NCBI GenBank assembly: GCA_046758445.1
Contig: JBHIAE010000011.1
Coordinates: 1 to 64,000, forward strand
DNA: 64,000 bases
Direction: 5' to 3'
Origin: Candidatus Thorarchaeota archaeon
Lineage (GTDB): Archaea > Asgardarchaeota > Thorarchaeia > Thorarchaeales > Thorarchaeaceae
Of the stretch, positions 17,887 to 27,403 are shown in pieces. The notes under the pieces were generated by a model, which was not told the DNA's origin, did no database searches, and was given only the letters and a program-made list of their open reading frames with translations. Positions within the stretch are counted from its first letter, which is position 1. Each line of letters starts with the position of its first letter. A program made the position numbers and the translations under genes.

Positions 17887-20800
17887 TCAGTAGACGGTGA
17901 ACTGCTTCCTGCTCTGACTCACTGCTCGGTTCGGAAGAGTTCGGTTTCCTTGAATGATGAGTGCTTCAACATAGTAGCCGGTCACTACGTCAACAGGCGG
18001 GGTGATCCACCTCACATTGACTTCGTTATTCTGTGCCTGTGAGTCAGGGAATGGTAGCTCAAACTGTTTTGCAACTTCTCTGCGCGACATGACTCTCACC
18101 ACTATGGACAGGTCACTCATACCTTCTCTCGCACTAGCAATCCGCGCTGTGATTTCAATTGGTGTGAGTCTGGCCACAAGGCCCGGCACATCTTCTCCTG
18201 TTTCTCTTCGAATCGTGAAATCAACATTGAATTGGGGCTTATCAATTGCCTTCACTCTGAGTCTTTCCTTAATCTCAGTTGTCAGGTCGGAGTGCTTCAC
18301 AATTGCTCTAAGATGTGCAGTGCTCATCTCTGCTCCAAGTGGAATCCTCAGTGGAAGCGGAAACAACTTAGCTTCCTCTGGACTAAGCTTGGCCTCTCTT
18401 GTCAGTAGGACCTCTGATGCACCGACTGATTCGAGTTCGACTATGAGCTCGTAATTGAGGGCCTTCCCAGTTGTGTTGGTTATCTGAACGGTGGGGCTAA
18501 TGGCCTCGTCAGGAAGAACAAAGGCCGGCACACCGACGAACACGACCTTTGCAATCTCTTCTTCGGGAGGTCGGGTCAGAGGAATCTCAACTGACTTCTG
18601 ATCCACTAATGCTCCTTCATAGGAGAGCTTTGTGACTAGCTTGACGCTGTTGGGGTTCTCAGCTCCTGAAGGTCTTGGAACCAAGAAAGGTCCATAGGCC
18701 AAGGATAGATTTCTACTTTGCTTGACGGGCTGGTTCACTACCATACGCTCTTCACCGCTGGGAAACACGAGACTCATGGTCAAATTTGCGGGGTTTCCAA
18801 GCTCAGTGTTCCTTCTTACTCTCAACCACCCCGAAATCTTACCTCCAACATGCGATGAATCTGGAGTCTTCAGTGAGTCGATGTTCAGTATTACCTCAAG
18901 TCTGTCTATCCCGAAGCGGCTAGACTCTACCGAAACGAGCTGCTCATTGCTTTCAATCACTGACGCCCTGATTAGACCCGATTTGCTCTCGAGGTCCTCT
19001 GATTCCATTTGGGGAACGCGCCATGTGAATCTAGCTGATTTCTCAAGAATCTCAGCAATTCCAATCCTGGAAATCTCATGACTCTTCCCGGAGTCTGAAA
19101 GGAACTCTACTTTGAGCACCGCATCTTCACTGAATTCCTTACCCTGTGAGAAGAGTTCTACCTCGCCCATGACCAAATCGCCTGGGCTGTAGAGACTTCT
19201 CAGATCGGCATCAAGAATCAGTTGTGGTTCCTTCTTCACGAAACCTACGTAGAACGGCCTCGAAACCGCGGCTGCAATCTCCTCTCCGTCCTCATCCGTA
19301 AGGCCAATTCTGAGTGCACATCGTTCAACGCCTTGAGAGGCAGCCGCTGGGACAATGAGTGCAGGCAGATTGGAATTCTCAATCAGAACTGTTTCTCCGT
19401 TTTCTATTCTGAGCGATTGCGAGGTTTCAGCCAGAACCGACTCTTTCGACAGTGCAACGACCGCGATGCTGCAGTCAACTACCTTACTCTCGGGGTAGTT
19501 GGTTTCGATGCTCCCACTGAATAGAACAGGTGTCTTTCCATCAGCAAACTGAGTTGTGGTGCCCGGTCTGATAGTTGTTCTCATCCAGTATGTGTTAATG
19601 GTACTTGAGAGGTTGATCTGCTTGCCCGCCAGTCCGATTGCAACGATTATGTTGTAGGCAGTCACATTCTTCCGCGTCTGGAATACAATTCTCTCAATGT
19701 GTATCTGTCCTTGCTCAATCCTAGCAATCGGTACTATGCTCTGCTCGGAAAGGTTCCTGTCCGCGTCTTCGATTGAACAGCTCACTGTGAGGTTGTCCAT
19801 GGTGCGAGGACTTGAATTCCTCATCGTGAGAACGAACTCTGCTTCTTGGCCAGCGAAGACTCTGTCGACAACAGAAACTATCTCTGGCTCAAGTCCTTTC
19901 CACCAGCATAGCCAGGTAGGTAGTCTTGGTGTCCCCTCCAATGGGTCGAAGAGCCAATTTGTACAACATTCCCGAGTAATGTCTGCAAGGTTCCTCATCA
20001 GTGCGACCATGTTCATACCGGACTTCGCGTACACATCTAGTTGGAGATCGGCTCCTGTCGTCCTGGGGGGAGAAACCTCACTCCCAAAAACTGATACAAG
20101 GATTGGCTGGATGAACGGATTATCAACTATGTCCAGTTCTTCGAGTTCTTGCCTGACAAGATAGAACATAGATGCCACAGCGTCCCCCATGAAACGGTTG
20201 CGACGCGATTTGTCTACTGTACCGTCATCATTGATGATGTGATTGTAGATGTCCATGTACTCGCTATCGTTCGCAGAAGCTGGATGGAAGGGTCCCCACA
20301 AGCCTGCAGAAATCGCTGACGAGCGATTTGCAGCAAGAACCCTTGGGCTAGCATCCGGTATCGCCTGGCCAGACTCAACCATTCGTTTTGCCTTGAGAGC
20401 CAAGGCTTGGAGGAGGAGGGCTATGCCGATTCTTCTTGGTACAGAAAGCTGGGTGTCTATCACACGCAACTCGATTGTTCCATAGTCCGTGAACGGATAT
20501 AGATCAACCATCCTTGCGATACCGCGGTTGACATGCTTTGCGAAACCTTCTTTGTCAGAGCTCCTAAGATATGGTATGAACTCGAATTCGTTGGTTGGGC
20601 CAAGCTGTGTTGTATTCTTCAGGAGTCTTATTGACCTCTTACATCTGGGAGCGCGGGTAGCGCCATCGTCACTCATTGACACCTCATCTGTTGGTCTCTT
20701 GTTCTCGAAGGGGGAGTTGACGGAGATAGCGATTAGGTGCGGAATGAAGTTTCGAATCATATTGTAGACTGCAATCTTGATATTCTCGTGGACTTCGGGG

Positions 20801-21324
20801 CTCAGAATGTGATGGTGTTCTCCAAATGAGAGGTTTCTCAGATACTCTTGTGTAGGGTTGAGCCCAGTGGAAACGAGTATGGCTTGAGTATCCTTGGGGA
20901 GCGACTCATACGAGATTGCAACCAACGTCTGAGTCCACCAAGCGAGTTCCTCTATGGAAGTGCACGGTGGTGTCGCAACCTCGAGGATCCACGTGAGGCT
21001 TGTCACGTTTGGGTCGTGACCTAGAAGAGTATACTCCTTTATCCTGTCGCCAGGGCCTTCATAGCTGGCCACTATTCTAGAGCCTCTCTCTCCTTCCTCA
21101 GTCTGAGTCGATTGCTTGTACTTCTTCCTTACTGAGGTGACTCTAGACGCTCGTATCTTTGCGTCCAGTAATGCTTTCGCGTTGGATACGAGCTTGTCGA
21201 AAATCTCTAGTATCTCTTCACCTCTGATCCAGGTACCGTCCTTCTTGATAACTTGGAGTTCCACCTCGATTCCGTGTACGAATGGCAGTTGAGTTTCGTC
21301 ATCGCTTTCTATTATCTCATTCAT
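17887..21324 (-). CDS. Glutamate-cysteine ligase family 2 (COOH-NH2 ligase) fused to a long Ig-like beta-domain tail
   Basis: HGIEVELQV, LEVATPPC, GEHHHI, PHLIAISVNSPF, YGTIELRVIDTQ match YbdK/GCS2 motifs. ~650 aa beta-rich C-terminus. ATG 21324 follows AGGTG. Confidence 0.8.
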   Translation of the reverse strand: MNEIIESDDETQLPFVHGIEVELQVIKKDGTWIRGEEILEIFDKLVSNAKALLDAKIRASRVTSVRKKYKQSTQTEEGERGSRIVASYEGPGDRIKEYTLLGHDPNVTSLTWILEVATPPCTSIEELAWWTQTLVAISYESLPKDTQAILVSTGLNPTQEYLRNLSFGEHHHILSPEVHENIKIAVYNMIRNFIPHLIAISVNSPFENKRPTDEVSMSDDGATRAPRCKRSIRLLKNTTQLGPTNEFEFIPYLRSSDKEGFAKHVNRGIARMVDLYPFTDYGTIELRVIDTQLSVPRRIGIALLLQALALKAKRMVESGQAIPDASPRVLAANRSSAISAGLWGPFHPASANDSEYMDIYNHIINDDGTVDKSRRNRFMGDAVASMFYLVRQELEELDIVDNPFIQPILVSVFGSEVSPPRTTGADLQLDVYAKSGMNMVALMRNLADITRECCTNWLFDPLEGTPRLPTWLCWWKGLEPEIVSVVDRVFAGQEAEFVLTMRNSSPRTMDNLTVSCSIEDADRNLSEQSIVPIARIEQGQIHIERIVFQTRKNVTAYNIIVAIGLAGKQINLSSTINTYWMRTTIRPGTTTQFADGKTPVLFSGSIETNYPESKVVDCSIAVVALSKESVLAETSQSLRIENGETVLIENSNLPALIVPAAASQGVERCALRIGLTDEDGEEIAAAVSRPFYVGFVKKEPQLILDADLRSLYSPGDLVMGEVELFSQGKEFSEDAVLKVEFLSDSGKSHEISRIGIAEILEKSARFTWRVPQMESEDLESKSGLIRASVIESNEQLVSVESSRFGIDRLEVILNIDSLKTPDSSHVGGKISGWLRVRRNTELGNPANLTMSLVFPSGEERMVVNQPVKQSRNLSLAYGPFLVPRPSGAENPNSVKLVTKLSYEGALVDQKSVEIPLTRPPEEEIAKVVFVGVPAFVLPDEAISPTVQITNTTGKALNYELIVELESVGASEVLLTREAKLSPEEAKLFPLPLRIPLGAEMSTAHLRAIVKHSDLTTEIKERLRVKAIDKPQFNVDFTIRRETGEDVPGLVARLTPIEITARIASAREGMSDLSIVVRVMSRREVAKQFELPFPDSQAQNNEVNVRWITPPVDVVTGYYVEALIIQGNRTLPNRAVSQSRKQFTVY

Positions 21325-21334
21325 CTGACAGCAC

Positions 21335-22063
21335 CTAGAAGGATGAGAGCGACTCAAGCAATCGAGTTATCGCAACATTGTCCGTGATTACACCACGTGA
21401 CAGAGTGAGCTGTGCTATGAGGGTTGATCGGGACTCACCGAATGCTTGCACCAGTTCATATGTTAGAGCGCCGCCTCCATACTCTCCATCATCGAAGATC
21501 ACAGCAATTCCCGCCTTCTTCAGAGTTTGAACGAACGCCTTTAGCTGCTCTGCTGAGCCGGCAAGGTACCTCTTCCCTATCACTCCTGTCTTCTTCTTCT
21601 CCAGTGGTTCAAACATGTCACTCCATCTAAGAACGATAAGAAACTGTGGTTCTTCTCCGGCTGTCTTCTCCATCTCCCATTCAAGCATCTTGATGGTCCG
21701 GTCACACATTGCCCTTGACTCTTCATCATCTGCGGCCTTGATCAAAGAAGGGGCCTTGTCCGATTCCGCCATTATTCCCTCGACAGTAATGTTCAATGGA
21801 TCTCCTGGACTGAGAGCAGTCGGAAGGCAAATGAACCCAGTGGGAGTTCCGCGTATGTGGACATCACTAGCTTCGAAGTCCTTCGCGCTCAGTCCTCTCT
21901 CGAAAGGCTCAAGGGATGTGCGTAGTCTTGATACTCTCTGGAGTAGTCTTTCCAAGACATCCTTTGCCTTCTCTAGGTCCTTTGAAAGTTCTGAGCTCAA
22001 CGGCGACTCACTCTTCAGTTTCAAGAGTAGACTTACCCTTTCCCGAGCACTAGAGAGGGTCAT
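21335..22063 (-). CDS. Hypothetical protein, possibly degenerate N-formylglutamate amidohydrolase fold with N-terminal helical extension
   Basis: FICLPTA / LIVLRWS / EYGGGALT / IAQLTLSR occupy the positions of the FGase PH, DxH, YxGG and QxE motifs, but the metal ligands are lost. Confidence 0.5.
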   Translation of the reverse strand: MTLSSARERVSLLLKLKSESPLSSELSKDLEKAKDVLERLLQRVSRLRTSLEPFERGLSAKDFEASDVHIRGTPTGFICLPTALSPGDPLNITVEGIMAESDKAPSLIKAADDEESRAMCDRTIKMLEWEMEKTAGEEPQFLIVLRWSDMFEPLEKKKTGVIGKRYLAGSAEQLKAFVQTLKKAGIAVIFDDGEYGGGALTYELVQAFGESRSTLIAQLTLSRGVITDNVAITRLLESLSSF

Positions 22064-22120
22064 GACTGTTATTATCTTTGCTAGGATTCGTTGTCAGGTA
22101 TGCCAAGGGTGTCCGTTCTA

Positions 22121-23200
22121 TCACGTTGTCTTTCTCAGTTTCTTCTTCAGCTCGGTGATTCTCTTTACTTCCAAAGGATCCACGTCTCTTAGCTCGGCTA
22201 GCTCAATTGATACAAGATCTAGAAAGAACGTGAAGCCTAAGGACTCTTGAATGCGGGAACGTAGTCCGAGCTCTAGATTCATCGGATTGCAGCCATTCTT
22301 CGAGAAGATCTCGAGCGTTGCTTCGAATCTGTTTCGAGTCTTCTGGTCTTCTTCTGTACTTCGTAAGAACACTGGTAGGAGCGGAAACTCACCACAAGAG
22401 GCCGTGCCTTCGATTTCATTATGACTTGCTTCCGGAAGTTCTGAGTTGAACGCCATCACTTTCGCATTCTCATTCATTTGACATCGTGCTCTGTATGCGA
22501 CAGGAGTTAGGTGCTTCCATCCCACAAACAATGGTATCTTACCCATGGCGTCTTTGGCAAGCTGTTTCGGTGTAAATGGCATGTTCTCCCAATCTTTGGA
22601 CATTCTCTCAAGGTCCGTGGCAGCAGACTCAAGGTCAGTGCGTTGAAGATTCAGAATGATCTCGAGAAGTGGCAGTATGCCTGAAAGGATCAGTGGCAAA
22701 GCCGCTCGAGGCTGGAAACCAGTCGTTAGTTTCTGAATCGGTGTTCCCTTCGCTTGTTTCTCCAAATCGCCGCCCGTTGTAAACGTAAACGTAGGACAGC
22801 CTCGGCTTTGAGCGGACTCGAAAGCCGAGAGAGTTTCGTCTGTGTCACCTGAATAGCTGACAGCAATGACTGCCCATCTCTCGTTGACGAACGGCGGTAG
22901 AGTGTAACCTTGGAACGTCACGACTGGAATGGCCGAACGATCAGAGAGATAGGCCGCGCAGATTTCGCCAGCAATGGCACTACCTCCCATTCCAACCAAA
23001 CAGATTCCATCGATACCCTTCTGACGATTGTGCTCTGCCTCTTCTAACGTGGTCTTATCGAGTCTGCCAGCTTTCAGCATGAGCGGAAATCCCTCTACCA
23101 TGGATCTCATGCTTGTTTTGTCGATCTTCTCTAGCCCACTCAACCTATTGTCCCGCAGAATTCTTTCCTCGGCCCGCCTTAAATCTGATTGCAGCTTCAT
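22121..23200 (-). CDS. Bifunctional phosphoglucose/phosphomannose isomerase (SIS)
   Basis: GMGGSAIAG, VSYSGDTDET, QPRAA, QMNENAK, PEASHNEIEG. Confidence 0.93.
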   Translation of the reverse strand: MKLQSDLRRAEERILRDNRLSGLEKIDKTSMRSMVEGFPLMLKAGRLDKTTLEEAEHNRQKGIDGICLVGMGGSAIAGEICAAYLSDRSAIPVVTFQGYTLPPFVNERWAVIAVSYSGDTDETLSAFESAQSRGCPTFTFTTGGDLEKQAKGTPIQKLTTGFQPRAALPLILSGILPLLEIILNLQRTDLESAATDLERMSKDWENMPFTPKQLAKDAMGKIPLFVGWKHLTPVAYRARCQMNENAKVMAFNSELPEASHNEIEGTASCGEFPLLPVFLRSTEEDQKTRNRFEATLEIFSKNGCNPMNLELGLRSRIQESLGFTFFLDLVSIELAELRDVDPLEVKRITELKKKLRKTT

Positions 23201-23249
23201 TCAGATGATTAAGCTTAAGAGGCATTCATAGCGCCAGACAGGTGGCGGA

Positions 23250-23927
23250 TTGAGAATGCTGAAGGCGGTAGTGTTCGACCTTGATGGGACTCTAACGGTT
23301 CTTGCACTTCCGCTGGACGCGATGCGAAGGGACACAAAGGAGTTTTACCTTCGCAAAGGTCTACCTCCAGCCTTGCTAGAGCCGGAGGATGGCATTTCTA
23401 GCTCTACTCTCAAAGCAAGGGAATACTTCTTCTCTCAAGGCGTTCCCAACGAAGAATGGGATGCTATGCAGGCAGAGATAGACACAATCCTAAGTGCTCA
23501 CGAGGGCTGGGCGGCCACAGATGCAAAGCTGATAGACGGTTCTCTTGATGTTGTACGCGAACTGAAGTCTAGATGCCTGAAGACTGCTATTCTGACTAAC
23601 AATGGGAGAAATGCCGTCGACAAGATATTGAAACAGATACCTATGAGTGATCTCTTCGATGTTATTCAAACCCGACATGAATCACCGAGTCCCAAACCGT
23701 ATCCAGACGGCCTGAAGAAGATTGTCGATGAGCTAGGAGTTGGGTTAGACGAGGTCGTTTATGTTGGCGATGCCCGCATTGATGGTGCCGCCGCTGCAAG
23801 AGCCGGGATACCGTTTTGGGGAGTTGCCACTGGAGAAACATCGAAAGAGGCTCTGCATAAGGCCGGCGCAGTCAAGGTGTTTGATTCCTTGAATCAGATT
23901 CTTGATACTATTGACTCAATTCAATAG
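23250..23927 (+). CDS. HAD-family hydrolase (phosphoglycolate phosphatase-like)
   Basis: FDLDGTL, LTNN, KPYPDG, YVGDARID. Confidence 0.92.
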   Translation: MRMLKAVVFDLDGTLTVLALPLDAMRRDTKEFYLRKGLPPALLEPEDGISSSTLKAREYFFSQGVPNEEWDAMQAEIDTILSAHEGWAATDAKLIDGSLDVVRELKSRCLKTAILTNNGRNAVDKILKQIPMSDLFDVIQTRHESPSPKPYPDGLKKIVDELGVGLDEVVYVGDARIDGAAAARAGIPFWGVATGETSKEALHKAGAVKVFDSLNQILDTIDSIQ

Positions 23928-23929
23928 AG

Positions 23930-24500
23930 TCATTCGAGAAGGATGAGAATCAGAGCATCCATTCGGATCGTTGTGCGAGTCTTCGAACCCAGTGTTGAGT
24001 AATGGGCCGAAATATGGCGCCAAAATCTGGTAAATTTCTTCTCAAACAAGATTTGCTTAAATACTTCTTGAGACATGCTTGATGTTGAAGGGCGTTTGGG
24101 GCCGTTCTCTCTCTCACGCTTCTCTCCTCCTTCCAGCGTTCTCTCCGGCCCCTTTTTGCCCTCGTTCAATCTTTTCAGCGAAGCCGAGATATGCCACTCA
24201 TTGATACATCGTTTCTACATGAAGTGAAGGCGATCTCAATCCGCGCGGTTTGTAATAATACTGAATATATTATATGCTATAGCTTTATATACTACTTATG
24301 TCTAACAGGAGTATGGAATGGGGGGTCCGATTCTATCTCCTCTCCTCCCCCTCTCCCTCCTCTAAGAAAACCGTAAGTCAACGACACACGCGCTGACAAA
24401 CCTGTTTCTCGGGCCCCCCTTCTGAACCTCCTTTTCAGAACCCCCAAGGCCTGAGCATCCAGCAAGTTTTAAAGGCAGACCAAAGTCGGCATCGCAAGGA
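23930..24500. other. Long non-coding region with AT-rich core, pyrimidine tracts and G/C strings (candidate replication origin or regulatory region)
   Basis: No credible ORF. AT-rich 24250-24305, G6 string 24320-24325, CT tracts ~24105-24175 and 24331-24363, inverted repeat TTCTGAA...TTCAGAA flanked by C-runs ~24414-24445. Confidence 0.35.
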
Positions 24501-24509
24501 GACAGCAAG

Positions 24510-24848
24510 ATGTCTGGAGCAAGGAAAGCCGTAGATAGCACGCTTAGAAGGATTCTCATCTACACAGCCGAGATCATAATGTCAATAGTACTATTGATTG
24601 TCGTTTGTCTGCCTCTTGTCTTCAGCATTCCCATGTGGCTTCAGACGGTTGCTCTGGGCGTTTCCAGGTCAGAGCTGTTCCTGGATCCTGTCGCGATGTT
24701 TGGGACATCGGGAGCACTGCTTGTCACATTGCTTCTGTCGGGGCTGAGCGTTGTTGTCGGCTACCTTTACGTTTCCAGACTAACTCGAGCTGCAACTTCA
24801 GATGAGGAAGATAACGAAGAGGAAGAAGAGGAAGAAATCGAAGCGTGA
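24510..24848 (+). CDS. Small two-TM membrane protein with acidic tail
   Basis: SD AAGGAG, ATG start, two hydrophobic segments, poly-Glu C-terminus. Confidence 0.7.
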   Translation: MSGARKAVDSTLRRILIYTAEIIMSIVLLIVVCLPLVFSIPMWLQTVALGVSRSELFLDPVAMFGTSGALLVTLLLSGLSVVVGYLYVSRLTRAATSDEEDNEEEEEEEIEA

Positions 24849-24856
24849 ATTTCCCT

Positions 24857-25666
24857 CTAGTTTGTGAGAATCTTCTTAATCAGTTCTTCAAAGATATTCT
24901 GGAAGGCCTTTGCTGATTGTGAGCCAGAATCATTGGTCACAAACGGGGATCCAGTGTCACTCAGACTAATAACATGAGGGTCAAGGGGCATTTTTCCGAG
25001 ATGGTCTATTCCGTATTCTTTTGCAGCTGAATCGACCGCACCCTCCCCGTAGACCTTATGGGACTCGCCACAGTTAGGACACACGAACACTGCCATGTTC
25101 TCAATGATACCGAGAATCGGTGCTCCCATTCTGCTGACGAGCTGGATTGCTCTCTTGGCATCAAGGACTGCAACCTCTTGAGGAGTGGTGACAATCACGA
25201 CGCCAGTTATGTCTGGAATCATCTGAAGAATACTAAGTATTTCATCTCCGGTTCCAGGAGGCATATCCACTACAAGAATGTCAAGCTGTCCCCACATGAC
25301 ATTACCAAGAAACTGGGTTATGGCCTTGGTAACCATTGGTCCTCTCCATGCTATTGCGTCGTCGTTCCTACGAAGCAGGAAACCCATGCTCATCACTTTG
25401 GTTCCATAAGGACCCTGTACCGGTTGAATGGATTCCCCAACTGCACCAGGATGTTGTCCTTCAAGACCCAGAAGCTTCGGAACATTCGGTCCATATATAT
25501 CAACATCAAGGATTCCTGTAGCCATACCCCTCTTTGCAAAAGAGATTGCAAGATTGGTGGCTATTGTTGTCTTTCCAACTCCTCCCTTGCCTGAGAGGAC
25601 CACAATCTTGTGTTTCACGTCTTTCATGTTTTCTATGACCCTGGGGGGGATTGCCGGCGTTGCCAT
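24857..25666 (-). CDS. mrp: Mrp/NBP35/ApbC Fe-S cluster carrier ATPase
   Basis: SGKGGVGKTT, DVDIYGPN, WRGPM, DMPPGTGD, ENMAVFVCPNC. Confidence 0.95.
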   Translation of the reverse strand: MATPAIPPRVIENMKDVKHKIVVLSGKGGVGKTTIATNLAISFAKRGMATGILDVDIYGPNVPKLLGLEGQHPGAVGESIQPVQGPYGTKVMSMGFLLRRNDDAIAWRGPMVTKAITQFLGNVMWGQLDILVVDMPPGTGDEILSILQMIPDITGVVIVTTPQEVAVLDAKRAIQLVSRMGAPILGIIENMAVFVCPNCGESHKVYGEGAVDSAAKEYGIDHLGKMPLDPHVISLSDTGSPFVTNDSGSQSAKAFQNIFEELIKKILTN

Positions 25667-25741
25667 TTTGGCTCCTCAGTCTAGGTTTCTCCGGAGTTCT
25701 GATATAAGGAGTCGGATGTGACTATCACCGATACGGCAATC

Positions 25742-26560
25742 TCAGACAGAGCTCCCTTTGAACCAGCGAAAGATGTCCATTGCAGTCTTCTCGTTTGAGG
25801 CCGCCACGAAGCTCATTCTCTGATTCAAATCAATTGGCAGATTGAGCCGATTGCCCTCATGATCTACCACGAACCCTCCTGCCTCGAAAACCATATGGGT
25901 CCCTGAAACGTGTACAATGGGAAGGTCATCTCTGAGATCGACCATCGCATCGAGGCTGCCCGACGCTACCCAGCAGAGGTCAAGCAAGTTACTCGCCGAC
26001 CTGCGCATGTCTTGTACTGCAGCCAGAACTCTGACAGAACTACAAGAGAAATCATCGTCCCAGCGCTTCTTCGTATCATAGGAGATGATGGTTTCACTGA
26101 GGGGTACAGGATCTGCAACTTTCACGCTTCTACCGTTTTTCTTTGCGCCCTCTCCTGTGACAGCAGTGTATGTCTCTTCGGTGAAGATCGATTCAACAAT
26201 GCTGACCTCTATGTCATCGGTCATCATATTCTCTGAATACGGAACTGCTGAGATGCCTATCGAGCAGAGAGGAATCTGTCTTTCGAGGTTGGCTGAACCA
26301 TCTATGCCGTCAATAACGACTAGGTATTCAGGCTTCTTTTGGTGTGAAATAACACCCCTTTCTTCAGTCAAGAACGCTATCGAAGTATTGGACTCCCTGA
26401 GAACGCTTATCACACTGTCTTCCGAGGTCATGTCGAGAACCAAGGTCTTGTCACCAAATGGGTTGGTTCTTCCTGTGAGCTCAGATGCGGCTGACATGTT
26501 CTCAAGAACAGACTTCCTGGCGGCATCGACGGCCTCAGTTAGTTCCTTCATGAGTGTCAT
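25742..26560 (-). CDS. Inositol monophosphatase / FBPase family protein
   Basis: LTEERG, VIDGIDGSAN, LDLCWVASG, EAGG. Start ATG 26560 (MTLMKEL) preferred. Confidence 0.9.
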   Translation of the reverse strand: MTLMKELTEAVDAARKSVLENMSAASELTGRTNPFGDKTLVLDMTSEDSVISVLRESNTSIAFLTEERGVISHQKKPEYLVVIDGIDGSANLERQIPLCSIGISAVPYSENMMTDDIEVSIVESIFTEETYTAVTGEGAKKNGRSVKVADPVPLSETIISYDTKKRWDDDFSCSSVRVLAAVQDMRRSASNLLDLCWVASGSLDAMVDLRDDLPIVHVSGTHMVFEAGGFVVDHEGNRLNLPIDLNQRMSFVAASNEKTAMDIFRWFKGSSV

Positions 26561-26721
26561 CTGGTCTTCCCAGCCTTGTCCTTCTAGAACCCCTCTAAAA
26601 CAGTATTGACGGCGAGCCACGCTCATATGCTTGACGGTGGATTCTGCAATCTGTATTCCAATCGTTTAAATGCCAAAGATGCGGACATCACACAAGAACA
26701 AGGCCGGCTCCGGTGTATGCC

Positions 26722-27381
26722 ATGGGCTTTCTCAGCGGAAAGAAAAAGGTTGATGCAGAGAGGGGAATCCTCGAAATCAAAGGCACAATGAATGCTCTGA
26801 CTCTTAGAATCCGAAGACTAGATACCCGAATGACAGAGGAGCAGAAGAAGGCCAAGGATGCCATGTCTCGAGGTGACCGGGGCCAGGCGAGGGCGCATCT
26901 CTCTATTGTGGTTGATCTTGACAGTAGACGTGGTCGGTATCAACAGCAGTTCCTCACTCTGGAAACTGCACTGCTGAACGTCGAAGAGGCGAAGGATCAG
27001 GCTGAGGTTCTCAGAGCCTTTACAATCGCGAACGATGCTCTCACGGATGCACGGGCAATGTTGAGTCCGACAGAGATTCAACTTCAGCTCGACAAACTAT
27101 CCGAATCCTTTGAGCACATCTCTATCGCTGGAGAGCTTCTATCTGAGGATCTCTCGACTGGGACATCCACGATTGAATCAGACGAACGCATTGAACGCCA
27201 GCTTGACTCAATGGAGGCAGAGATACTTCTAGAGAAGGAAGGTGTTCTCCCATCGCTTGAAGCGAAAAGTGGAACAAAGACCCACGCTCAAGTTGAGTCT
27301 GAAGAGAAGCGCATTGATGAACTTCTCGCGGAGTTGGAGAAAGAGGCACAAGAGGAAAGAGAACGAGAAGCACAGAGCTGA
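26722..27381 (+). CDS. Snf7/ESCRT-III protein (Vps20/32/60 class)
   Basis: MGFLSGKKK N-terminus, basic helical hairpin, YQQQFLTLETALLNVEEAKDQAEVLRAFTIANDAL, acidic helix IERQLDSME, LPSL, and C-terminal amphipathic helix. Confidence 0.85.
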   Translation: MGFLSGKKKVDAERGILEIKGTMNALTLRIRRLDTRMTEEQKKAKDAMSRGDRGQARAHLSIVVDLDSRRGRYQQQFLTLETALLNVEEAKDQAEVLRAFTIANDALTDARAMLSPTEIQLQLDKLSESFEHISIAGELLSEDLSTGTSTIESDERIERQLDSMEAEILLEKEGVLPSLEAKSGTKTHAQVESEEKRIDELLAELEKEAQEEREREAQS

Positions 27382-27403
27382 CATTGAAACAGAACGTGCG
27401 CTG

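Noticed and set aside
25742-27381. Functional link between IMPase and the divergent ESCRT-III gene (inositol-lipid signalling)
   Set aside because: Adjacency alone; IMPase/FBPase is a common archaeal housekeeping gene.
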